DNA of 60,225 nt, the filler included, from Basidioascus undulatus (Eukaryota), in the NCBI GenBank assembly GCA_000826855.1. It is 4 parts of 4 records of this genome, joined end to end, with 100 filler letters (N's around TTAATTAATTAA, not from the genome) between each part and the next. Parts side by side here need not be neighbours in the genome. Positions count along the whole stretch, not along the records: positions 20,185 to 30,190 come from JTLS01001189.1; positions 30,291 to 60,225 come from JTLS01000119.1; 2 more parts are not named here. One strand, written 5' to 3'. Of this stretch, positions 24,202 to 35,131 are shown one piece after another. Within the stretch, counting starts at the first letter, position 1. Every line of letters starts with the position of its first letter. The notes beneath the pieces were generated by a model. The model ran no database searches. It was not told the origin of the DNA and saw only the letters and a list, made by a program, of their open reading frames with translations. Both the position numbers and the translations under genes were made by a program.

Positions 24202-25544
24202 ATGGCGGACCTCGCACGCTACCCCCTACGACCATTCGTACACGCCATCTGGCCCTTGTCGCACTTCATCGGGTACCGCCATCCGAACCATTCCCTCTGG
24301 CCTTCCCTGCCACCTCCTGAGAGCGGGCGCATCGCGCGATGGTTACACTCCGACCAAGGCCACAAGGCGGAGAAAACTGTGCGATGCATGATCGGGAGCT
24401 GGGTCATGATAGCAGTAATGTCTTTCGTGTCGAGGTCCTGTTCTTTCAGGGGGCACCATACGCCGATTGTGGTTGGAAGGTGAGCTACCAAAAATCTTCT
24501 TGAGCCAAGAGGAAAGGGGCGTAACTGATGATCTGGATGTAAGTTTCGGCGCTCAGGCCGTCGTGGTGCGTGTACTTTTGTGTCATGCTTCAGTCCGAGC
24601 TGACACAAAGAGCCATTTCTGCAGCTGCTAAGCAATCCAAAAAATCCGTTCGCGCAGGTGTATCGCTTCCAACTGCAGCACTGACACCGACATCGAGCTC
24701 ACTCACTGTCCCGCACAGCCCCGCGCTGCGATCCTGGGGAACACCTTCAGCGCAATTCTCGCAGTCGCCATTACGAAGCTGTTTCTAAAGTCATCGCATT
24801 TTATGCTCGGAACACCGGATGGGATCGCTTGGGCCAATGCTGCTGTATGTATACTAGTCTCCAGCTCGCACACTCTTTCGGCGGCTAAGCGATCACGTCC
24901 GGACAGCTTTGCATGGGTCTCAGCTTCGGTATGATGGAGCTCTTCAATATCGCTCATCCTCCGGGAGGTAAGTTCAGGGTCAAGCTTTTATTGACTCTGG
25001 ACGTCTGCTGAAAATCTTGTCTTACAACAGGCGCCACGGCGGTTCTGGCAGCCATTCTTCCTGAAAGTACGCAGTCTGTGTGATCTGTCCACATCCCGCA
25101 TGTCTCACCCCGTTCGAAACAGTCGTGCAAATGGGCTGGTTCTTCGTCGCTGTTATCCTGATCGACACGCTGATCATGGTCGGACTGTAAGTTTCATCTC
25201 CTCCGTTGTTCTTCTCCTTCGCGGGCTGACCCAGCGTGGGGGCCACCAGTGCGTTGATCATCAACAACCTCGGCCGTGACGTCTACCCGACGTACTGGAT
25301 ATCGCCTTCCCTGTTTAAAGACCGCGAGGAGAAAGAGCAGGCTGGCCCGTCAGGCTCGGAGAAGGGCAGCACCGATCGCGAAGGCGCGGGCGACACGACC
25401 GACTCTGCGCCGGATGGACTCTCGCTGCCTGAGCCGGCAGTGTGCAAAGGTGGCCGTCGCGTTTCGGTCGAGGAGGGGAAGAGGGTGCTGGCCCAAGAAA
25501 GGGCGCGGGATCGGTCGAGGTCTTCGGACAGAACGCTTATTTAA
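24202..25544 (+). CDS. HPP family integral membrane protein
   Basis: Motifs: PIVVGSFGAQAVV, QPRAAILGNTFSAILAVAITKLF, signature IAHPPG|GATAVLAA, LIINNLGRDVYPTYW. Confidence 0.9.
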
Positions 25545-26244
25545 TTGAGCATCGACAGGCTACGTTCTGCGTTCTGCCAGAGCTCTCGGGTGGCACTGGG
25601 CTTTAACACGCACGACATGCCTTACAATTGTCGTGCCAGCGAACGACGTAATACGCTCATTATCACATGCTGAAGTTCACGAAGAAGCGACGCAGCGCGC
25701 AAACACGGACTTCAAGAAGCTGCAGTCGAGAACCACCGGACAACGAGAAAATGCAAAAGGTTTTCAAGTAACACACAAAAGACATTCGATAATAATAATC
25801 GTGTTGAGCGGTACGGGTCACAAGAATAATCAGCACATGGTGCACTCGTCTTTCAACCCCAAACAAGCCGCCCGAGCTTCAGACGTTTGAGTCAACCGTT
25901 CCATCCAAAGCCTGTCAGCCGTTGTAAAGGCAGCAGCGGGACGTAGCGGCTGAGGCAGCGAGAAGACGCACGGTCCACGGAGCGACGAGCTTTCTCTCGT
26001 CTTCGGTGTCCCTTGGACCGTGGGTCGTCTCCGTCGTTGTCGAGACTTGAATGCCTCCGGCGAGAAGGCGCGGCACCTTGGTCGACGGGCTCTGTTATGG
26101 GAATCGAGGATTAAGCACGGTGAGGGTGTGTCAGCGTCGATCTGAGCAGGATGGACAGGCAGTCGAAGCGCACAGCGGAAGATGTCGACTTGTGCAGCAC
26201 GTATTGCCCTTCTCCAGTCTCGTAAAGTACGGAATGCTGGAAGG

Positions 26245-27243
26245 TTATCTTCCAGGACCTTTCGCGAGGCGCTCGCGGTGGGACTTGCGGGCGATGAGGT
26301 TGACCAAGAGGCCTGCAGTGCGATGTTGATGAGTCAAAGTCTGTACGCCGCCTACAGTGGAACGACGTACTCTGGCCATAGAAGACTCAGATTACCAGTT
26401 TTGTCGCGATGTAAACGCGGTTAATATGTAGAAGAGCGATGCGACGGTGCCGGCTGTTGGAATGCCGAGCAACGCGAATGCGAGAAACGCCATGGCCACT
26501 TTCAGGACAATTTCGTGTCAGCGAGATTCGGGAGTCTCTCATCGAGGGAGGAGATGATGAAACGACTCACTCAGGACGTGACCAGTCTTCTAAAGGCCGG
26601 TGCGAGACCTGACAAGGTAGACCATCATGGTAACTATGATAAAGCCGTCGAGGACTGGCGCCGCGGCCCGTTAGCCTACCCCACGCCCACATGAGCCACC
26701 CAATGCGACAGGCGTACTTGAGGCAACTGCAAGCCAGGCGATAACGAGGTCTCTGGTCTGTTCGGGAACAATCAGCAAGCGGACGAGGTGGTTGTCGCAG
26801 GGTGGGCACCCGTACAAAAAAAATCGTGTTCCTCGCTGAAGACGAGGAGCACAACGGTTCTAACACGGATTTACCGACGTAAGCAATCCCCCACCAAAAC
26901 TTACGGGCGATCGGAGACGTACGCGAGTCCCAACGCGAGGGTACTGAGGCCCCGACGAACGTGAGCACCCCCACATAGAAGTTCCGCTTCGCGATCTGCA
27001 CGACCATGCAAGGCTTGTAAGTAGGAAAAAGTGCAATACGGAAAAATATAAGACCGCCTTCCTGGCTAAGCACGCCTGCACCGTCGTGGAAGTGATGGTA
27101 GTGAGGGCGACCTTCAAGAATTCTGCGGCGTTGCCGTCGACCCCCACTTGCTGTGCGCAGTAACTTCCATCGAGTTCAGAACCTGACGAGAAAGAGAAGA
27201 CAAAGTGTTACCCCGAACCGTCGATGAAACAACTCCTCGCATC
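26245..27243 (-). pseudogene. Possible degenerate multi-TM membrane-protein gene with a DUF6534-like tail
   Basis: Hydrophobic exon-like pieces (FLKVALTTITSTT; ILKVAMAFLAFALLGIPTAGTVASLFYILTAF; LLVNLIARKSHRERL) with splice-like borders. Frames do not join without frameshifts. Confidence 0.25.
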
Positions 27244-30190
27244 CCTCGCTGGTCAATTGTGGAAAGGTCTCAGAGATGTGAAATTAAAGCTGGACGGACA
27301 AAGTAGCGCGAGCGTGCACGCCACTTGGCTGCTGTAATCCCTCGCGTACGCATGAGCTCGCCCTTCGATACACTCCATTGTGAGACATTATGGATAGCAG
27401 CACCTACCAGCACATGGCGAATACAGACACTACTACGATTCCCATGCGATGCTCGTCCGGGAACAGCTTGTAGGAGCGGTATACCTCGACAGTAAGCGTC
27501 CCCTGTTCGTCTCTTCAGATCAGATGATCTCCCTTCAATCTCAAACCAATTGCATCCCAATGCGGACCAGAGTGAACGTCTGCGCCTACGAGATCCTTCC
27601 AGCGCTCTGCAGGCGGACGGCAGAATCCGCCCAGCAGGAACGGCCCAAGATTCCCTCTCGCGGTATCTCCATCGAGGTCACGCGACATTCCTGTATTCGA
27701 GCGTTTAAAATGAAGTAAGCTAATTTTTCTGTAGGAGATGGGGGTGGGAGAGAAGGAGGAAGGCGGATCGACAGACCAGGTGAACGAGGTCGTCAAGGCC
27801 TTTCTGATGTTTGCGACGCCGTCGCGGACGAGGATAATTCATGGATCCAGCCTGCCTCGGTCCAAATTGAGTTTTTAAACCTTAGACGGGATATTCGACA
27901 GACCCGACCTGGACAAGATCTGTGGAAACGTTGGAAGCCAGGACTGCATGGATAGCCGTACGTGGTGAGGGGGATGGGATGTTGAGAAACGGCAGCCTGA
28001 GTACCTCTAAACAAATTGTTTTTGATCGCTTGGTCAATAAGCAGCTCCAGATGTAAAGAGCGATCTGCTCACACGCAGGTTCTTGTGTGAAGCAAATTGC
28101 GTGCCTGTCTTCGAGATCGCTTGCAGCACGGACCAGCCATGATGTCCGTAAAGAAGAGTAGATCTGTTGAGGTTCATGAAAGCTTCCAACCTTTTCGCTA
28201 TCTAACGAGCATCCGTGAACCAAGCAAAAAACACAATTCAGTAGCTGCCTGTCTAGCGAACTTGAAGCGTTCGTGGCCTTCCTTCCCGAGGGCCCTGACC
28301 TTGACCATTTCATAAGTACACAATTATCATATGCTAACGAAGTAATATTTAATTCACTTTCCTGTACTGCGCTGAAATAAGATCAGTTGGAGGTCGAGCA
28401 ACGCTCCAACGCCGCTGCTAGTGTGCAGTACGGCGCCGGCCCTTACGGCCTTGTGAGTAAGCAGGAACCTACAGTCTTTGTATACATGCCGAATATGGAG
28501 GAATGCTTGGACCCGTGGGTGTTGGGCGTCGGTTGCACATGGATCGAAACGAACTGCAAGTTCGCTGCATGAGCTGGTGACTGCCATTCGCAGAGTCTCT
28601 CTGCTGCCTGGCCTCTACTGGCTAGCAAAGTCCATTTCATTGCTGTGCCATTTCATTGCTGTGGAAATCATCAGAGTAGAATCTTGGGATGCCAGTTCTC
28701 CCTGCCAGTTGGGCGCTTTCTCAACCAGCAAGCGTACACTAGTTCTGCCGTCTCCTGCGGGCGGGTCCTGGAGTGCGTCCCTGCTTGTGTGGTCTGTGGC
28801 CAAGGCAGAGGACCTAAATAATGTACCTACCCCGATCTGGTCATCAAGTAAATCACATGCTTGATCCTCACCGAGGCACTGGACAGTAAGTGGAAATCCC
28901 GAGGGGACGAGGAGGATGTCGGCTCGGGACTCACCCTGCATCCTCCATCTTCTCGCACCCCTTCGCACCCCTTCGCATTTTCCCGCTGTTCTTACCGCAA
29001 TTTACTCATCCCTCCCCTAGCGCATCTCCGCCCGTTCTTGGCAAGCACGTTCTCATCATCCCCGCCTACCGCGCGCCCATGAGGCATGAACATCTCCAGG
29101 AGTGACGTCGGCGACCTCGCGCTCGCTCTACTACTCCTACACTACGCGTCACGCTTGCCCAGCGCAGCGAGCGTTCCTGAAGCAGAATAGACGTCGTGAT
29201 CGATGTTCTTGGTTCGAATTCCCGCTTTTCAGGCTCCCATCTCCGTCAACAACTCCATCTCTTCATCAACCACCTCTGTCTTCTCCGCAAAAGACAAAGA
29301 CACAGTGAGTGTGAGTGGAGGAAAAGGACAAGGCCGAGAGGCGAAGCGGAAGCTGACAGATGCCAGGTGCCTGAAACGATCCAGATCCGGGATCCGCTCA
29401 CTGCTGCTGTCTCGTCTAAATCTCAAACGTCCTCAGGCCTGGCCACCCACAAACATCTCAACACTCAACGACGAGCACGACTGCGCAGCCATCACATCTT
29501 GGACGCCCTCGAGGATCTCCCTTGGACTTGAACCACCACCACCACCATCAACCCGAGGCTCCACTTCCGCAGCCGGCCAACTCCGTCCCAGCCAGCTCGC
29601 GCGACCTCCCTCACTTCGTACCTTGCTCTTGGCCCGCTCGGTGAGACAGCCCCTGTGTCTATGCCCAGGAGAGCCAAATAGGCGGGAGGGGGTATGGCAA
29701 GAGTCATCATCGCTCTCCATGCTGGGACAAGTGCGCACGCGGGCGGGGCGGCCCGACCGCAGCGAGCGAGCGAGCGTGAAAAGCGGGAGACCGGGCGCTA
29801 GGCTCAGTGCCCAGTGCTTGTGCTGAGGTGGCTGTCAGCGAGCGTGGAGCTTGTACTCATTTAGATCGGGAACGGGCACAGATCTCTCTGGACTCAGCGG
29901 CCTCAGACTTCCGCTCGATCAGCGGCGACGAGGCGACGAGGCCACACCACTTCCACCTTCCACCCCCTAGAACCCCCTCCCGCTTCACCCGGATTGGGAT
30001 CTTGATTGACGAACTGGCGTAAATTTTGAATCCAACTTGTGAGTAGCTGATTGCGCTTTGGAGTTTGAGCGGCATCCGGAGGAGGCGAAAAGTCGCGCAG
30101 CGCTACGCTGTCGATCTCCTTCCTTCCCCTCTCCCCATCTCTAACCTAGCACCCTCCCTTTACCCACACTCCCAGGTCACACTCGCTCGC

Positions 30191-30290
30191 NNNNNNNNNN
30201 NNNNNNNNNNNNNNNNNNNNNNNNNNNNNNNNNNTTAATTAATTAANNNNNNNNNNNNNNNNNNNNNNNNNNNNNNNNNNNNNNNNNNNN
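30191..30290. other. Artificial contig-join spacer N44-TTAATTAATTAA-N44
   Basis: Same 100-nt linker. Confidence 0.98.
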
Positions 30291-30543
30291 CTTCTTGGGG
30301 GGCGGCGGGGGCTTTGGCTGACCCTTGCCGTGCTTCTTGGACGCCTTATTCTTCTTGGACTGCTGCTGCTGCTGGGGGTGGCCGGCGCCGTCGTCCTTTT
30401 CTGTGGCTTTGCGCGCCTGCTTCTTGCGCGCTGCATCCCGGGCGGTCGCTCAGTGGGCTCGGGACGGGAGGGAGAGGGACGTGGTGGATGGAGAAAGACG
30501 CACTGCCAGCGGACGCGGAGCTCTTTCCTTTGGCCTTGGCCAT
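30291..30543 (-). CDS. RKR1: 5' end of probable E3 ubiquitin ligase listerin (Ltn1/Rkr1); truncated by the gap
   Basis: One GTGCGT...CAG intron gives MAKAKGKSSASAGTRKKQARKATEKDDG...KKHGKGQPKPPPPPKK. This matches my recollection of the basidiomycete listerin N-terminus (GKSSASSATRKKHARKA...). No catalytic domain is visible. Confidence 0.55.
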
Positions 30544-31249
30544 CCTACGCGGATTTCTGTGCAATTATTGTGCTGCCTATGGAGTATAAATCGCCAGTGA
30601 GGCCAGAGCGAGCGAGAAGACGGTGTCGGTTGACGGAAGAAGCTCGTCTTGCGATCTCTCGTCTCTCAGCGCCGATGACGTTCAGAAGCCTGACTAAGAG
30701 GATTCCCCCGGATCGGCATGAACTGCCTGTGCTTTCAGCTGAAATGGTGTCCACCTCACGATCAGTCATCGCGCAGGGACCACAGAAAATTGTAGGTAGT
30801 TTCGAATACGATTGCAACAAGTACTAAAGTCACCAGTCACCTGTCAGAAGGAGTACTTGGTTATGGATCGGGGGAGGAGGGATCGGCGTCGTCTGCTCGA
30901 AAAAATCTGGCTTCATCGAGTGGTTTCTGAAAGTTTGCGCTCAACGTCGACATGTAGCAACTTTTCCCGAACCCTTTAGGGTGAGGTTTGAAGACCAATA
31001 ATTGACAGCGGCATGGACAGAAACCTGCGCGGACCCTGCAGTGGGTACGCCGGGTCCGTCTTCAGTACCCCTGTCCGGCAATATTGTTCTGGTGTTTCTT
31101 TACCGGCATACTTCGTCTTTCTGTCCTAAAATGGTTGAACGAATTACAATTAATAAAGGACATTTCAATTGACCATGTACTATGTAGTTCCAGCTCAGAT
31201 TTTTAGGCGGAACATCGGCGCTTAACTGTGCTCTTATATCTCGCTCCTT

Positions 31250-31780
31250 TCCCTTTGCTCGCTCCTCCTCTTTGTGTTTGACCAGCACTATTACCAACAG
31301 TGTAACAAATCCCACATTTTGGCCACGTTACTGCTCGCTGATGAACATAAAGTGGATGGGATCAGTCACCCAACTAGCTCCCATGTTCGCTGTGGTTGCT
31401 TTGCCGCACTCTTTCTCAACGGCCATGGGTGATTGGGGTAGGATTGGGGTGATTAGGTGAACAATCTATCTGTTCACTCCATATCTACTAGCGCCCTGAT
31501 GGTCTTCGCCCTACGGGTTGTCTTCAGGGTGGCTGGTTGCCAATGGTTGCCTTCCCGCTGCTCATCAGGTGCTGTCGCGCAGATCTCTTTCACTTCCCCT
31601 TGCTGTTTCCATACTTGACTCTTCATCTTACCTCAAGTGTTGTTAGAATGAGGCTAAGATACATTGGGACTGTATTTATTAAGATGGAAGCTCTGTCCAC
31701 TCCCAGCCGGAGTCAGGTTAGCCGCGAAGAGTCAGGCTGCCAGACGGAGGCCCAAGTAGCGGCCGGCACTGGCAGCCCTT
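31250..31780 (-). mobile_element. Possible highly decayed LTR-retroelement remnant
   Basis: AT-richer tract. Minus strand has AATAAA then ...CTAACAACA (TGTTG at 31638 on plus, like an LTR terminus), followed by a stop-interrupted KTIRALVD.. reminiscent of a retropepsin motif. No second LTR or target-site duplication found. Confidence 0.2.
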
Positions 31781-31857
31781 AGCAAGTAACCTTTGGTAAC
31801 AACTGCAGGCTGAGGCCCGTTACATCCCTCTGTAGAGGCAGCTCCTCGCTCGCACGC

Positions 31858-32255
31858 ACTCGCTGCAGATCATCAACTCTCACCACAAGCAACCAAACCC
31901 GCCCATAGCCGAAAAGATGACCGGGCTCCGGCGCTTCTCTTACGTTTCTGAACTTCGTAGTTGCCTGTGGAACTCTAGTCTGGAAGAGCTGTCCATGCCG
32001 ACCCAGCCATTCTCGCATCTTAGGTGGTTCCTCACGTCGGAGACCATTCAGCGGCTGGTTTTGAATAACATCCCATTTTAGAACGAGGAAGACATCCTCG
32101 AGTACCTCTTGACATTGCAGCATCTAACGCATCTTGTTGTTTATCATTCACGGCAAGACGAGCCATACCTAGCTGGCATGTCTCAATTGCTCGATCGTGC
32201 GCCGTTCGATGCGCAAGCTCATCTTGAGGGTTGGCTCGATAAAGGAGAAAGTTGA
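31858..32255 (+). pseudogene. Degenerate LRR (RNI-like) coding remnant
   Basis: One frame reads ...LRRFSY...SLEELSMP...TIQRLVLNNIPF*NEEDILEYLLTLQHLTHLVVY..., with an in-frame TAG at 32079-32081. Confidence 0.35.
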
Positions 32256-32334
32256 TCTACTGGGAAAGATATTTTCTTTGAAATTCCGGTAAGCGGGTAG
32301 CGCCAGAGGAGAATGTGATGGGTAGAATGCTCAC

Positions 32335-34070
32335 CCTGAAGGATAATCGGCAGGAAGTACGAGAATGCATAGACAGGCGCGGTCGACTGTTGAGCCTATT
32401 AGTCCTTCTCCTTTCCTACGGAAAATGAAACCACAACGGACGCCCATGAACATCAGCGCCGAAGCCCAGATCTTGAGGTCGAGCAGGTACCAGCCGACCT
32501 TCTTGAGCGTGAGCGCTGAGGGAACGATGACTGCGTCAGCCCCGGGGAGGGTCTGTCGCACAATCCGTCTTGATCATGACTCACCGTCGTGCACCTGGTC
32601 GCCGCGGTCGACCTCGATGCGATGCAGAACCAGCTTCGTCTGCTCGGGCGTGAGGTAGGTGTTCTGGCGCATGCCATACATGAACAATGGGTCTCCCGTC
32701 CGGGAACATGATCGATTCTTACTTTGTCTGGGAAGTCGGAGATGATAAACCATGAAAGGATGCCGAATGCGCAGGTGACGATCCCCTCTATGATGCTGAG
32801 TCGGACCAAGAGTTCAGCAAGGCTTCCGGAAAACGTTGCAGGGAGAAACGTACCAGATCCAGCGCCAGCCTCGAAGTCCTCCAGTCTCCTCACAAGGCTG
32901 ATCGCCCATACAAGAATAGCAGCAAACCCGCTCACACCCACAGACATGAGGTAGGAGGCGGCGAGGCTGGCGGTACAAAGCAGAGGGCCAGCTCGATGTG
33001 GCTTCCTCGGCCAGACGCAGCAGAATCACAACGTGACGAACTTGGACTTCGTAGGGGGTCTACCAGCAGGTAGTAAGGTACGGGCAACCTGGGAATAATC
33101 TGTGCACGGGAGTAGTAAGCACGACTGTGGCAAGCAGTTTCAGTTGAACAGGAGACGCACCCCGCCTCGAAGAAACCCAGCAGCGTGCGGCAGACGACGA
33201 GGACGCGCCAGTCGTGCACGAATCCCATTCCAACCAAAATACCAGCCAGTTTCGTGTCGAGGCAAGGGATCAATTGGGGAGGACCCCTCACTCATGACCG
33301 CCCCCCACGCCAGCAGATGAAGGCCAGCATGTTGGCAGTGCCAACCTTCCTAATCACGAGGTTGCCCGGCAGCTCCTGTAGTGTTGCATTCGAATTGGTT
33401 CATTTTCAATGTACTTCAGACGGGGTTCGAAGCAGCTATGGACGCACGAAGAAGAAGTAGGGAATGAAGAACATGAGCGCGGCGATCGAGTAGCGCTTGC
33501 CAACTTGGAGCTGGAGGTTGATCCCCATGCCCGCGATGCGCCTAGGGAAGGGTTAAAGCCAGATCAGTAACGTTTGAGGAGAGTATATGGGTGAGAAGGG
33601 GAAGGGGAAGGGGTTGCTTACGCGTTGGACAGGTTGGTACGATCAATCAACTGTAACCAGACGTCTATTAAGCACAGTGTTGTCGAGACGAAAGCCGTCC
33701 CACCGCAGGTTCAAGGGCTAACCGAAACCGCATAGAGTGCTCCAAGCATTGGAGCAAACGGAGGTCGACCTTACGCCTGTGTCAGTACAGGCTGTGGAAT
33801 GAGCTGGGCGAGGTGGACGCGAGGTTCAGAGTGCGGTGCAGTGCCGAACGTTGTTCAAGCGAAAAGGGAATCATGAAAGGATCATGGTCTGGAACGCTGT
33901 TGGCCCTTGTGCTAAGACGGGTTCAGTCCACTCACATTGTCTTCCTCTCAAACGCCTTGTCGAACTCGACATCGCTCCTCTCGCTGGCGGGAGGCTGTTC
34001 GTAGGCGTTGTCGACGTGTTCATATGCTGGCCTTCTCCGTGACCTGCTGGACGGGGTGCTTGTCGGCCAT
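32335..34070 (-). pseudogene. Pseudogenised, 3'-truncated paralog of the neighbouring ACS-family MFS transporter
   Basis: Similar exon structure and peptide to 37950-40568 (MADK...EFDKAFERKT, LIDRTNLSNA, WRVLVVCRTLLGFFEAG, DLKIWASALMFMG, AFSYFLPIIL). Lesions: +1 frameshift near 34022, -1 frameshift near 33750, in-frame TAG at 33060-33062, and no C-terminal half. Confidence 0.85.
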
Positions 34071-34912
34071 GGTGTCCCGTCAGTGGTCGTTCAGGTGGGT
34101 GTGTGATCTGGTAAAGATAGGACGTGTCGGAATAGGGAACTGGGTAAAGACCGGTCTTGTGAAATCTTGCTTGGAATATAAGGGCCCTGGGTCCAAAGCT
34201 GCCGGTCGTGCGCCCAAGTCAGGGATAGAGCTTGCGTTCAGTGATGGGGAGCGGGGCGGGCAGAATCTGAGAATGCTGGTCACACCGTAGATCACGCGGT
34301 GGAAGGCAGGACCTGCAAGCAATGAAACGCGGGGTGGACGGTATTGCATCCGAGTAAACTCTTGAGAACGGCCATGCCGACCCGCTGAGGTACTCTTGCA
34401 TCAATACGCCCATCGCATCAAGCTGTAACCACCCCGGTGAAACCAGGCCGGAGACCAGCCGGTGAAGCCGGGGCTCCGAACGCCTGTACTCAAAATGAAA
34501 AGTTGCTGGTTCAAGAAGCCAAGAAGCGGAAACGGAGATGAGCCGTCTCCGAGGAATAGGCACCGACCCCGTCACAGCAGCACGAGGTTCAGGATCAGCA
34601 CTGCCACTCAATCACCAACCCAGGGCAGGCATTCCCAAACCCTGTCAACGACGCCCAATTGAGGACCATGTCTGCTATCTTGTAGGTGAAGAGTCAGCAT
34701 TCGAAGTTTTAATCTGGGAAAACCTTTGGACGTGCCAGCTGACATTGTGAAAGAGAGGTCTCTCTTTGTGTGGTCGTTTAGCGTGGGCCGTGTCGCAGCG
34801 CAGCTTCCAACTACAGGCTCGGATGTGGGTCTTACTTTCGACAAGCAACACACAATGACAATACCCTGCTTGTAAGCCTCCGGAATTCGGAAACGAACAT
34901 AAATATCCCTCT

Positions 34913-35131
34913 TAGTAAACCGCTCAGTTCACGGAAGTGCGACCACCAGCTTCTCCACACGCGGAATACTGGATAACAGCCTCATATAACCAATGAAAAC
35001 AGACAGACCTATGTGTACAAATATATCTTCCAAATCATGTGGGTATCGTATCCGGCAAGTCCAAACGTCATGCTTCAAAGAGTGTAGCAGAAAGTAGGAG
35101 AACCCTCGATCTCGGTGCGCTTGCCTCGGTC
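34913..35131 (-). repeat. Orphan duplicate of the last codons and 3' UTR of the ACS transporter gene
   Basis: Encodes DRGKRTEIEGSPTFCYTL* versus DQGKRAEIEGSPTFRYTL* in the intact gene. UTR matches 37787-37940 (ATGTGGGTATCGTATCCGGCAAGTC, CGACCACCAG-TTCTCC, TAACAGCCT). Confidence 0.9.

Noticed and set aside
27300..29800. Scattered short ORFs as genes or a transposon
   Set aside because: No recognisable domain, consistent codon bias, terminal repeats or coherent splice model found by eye.
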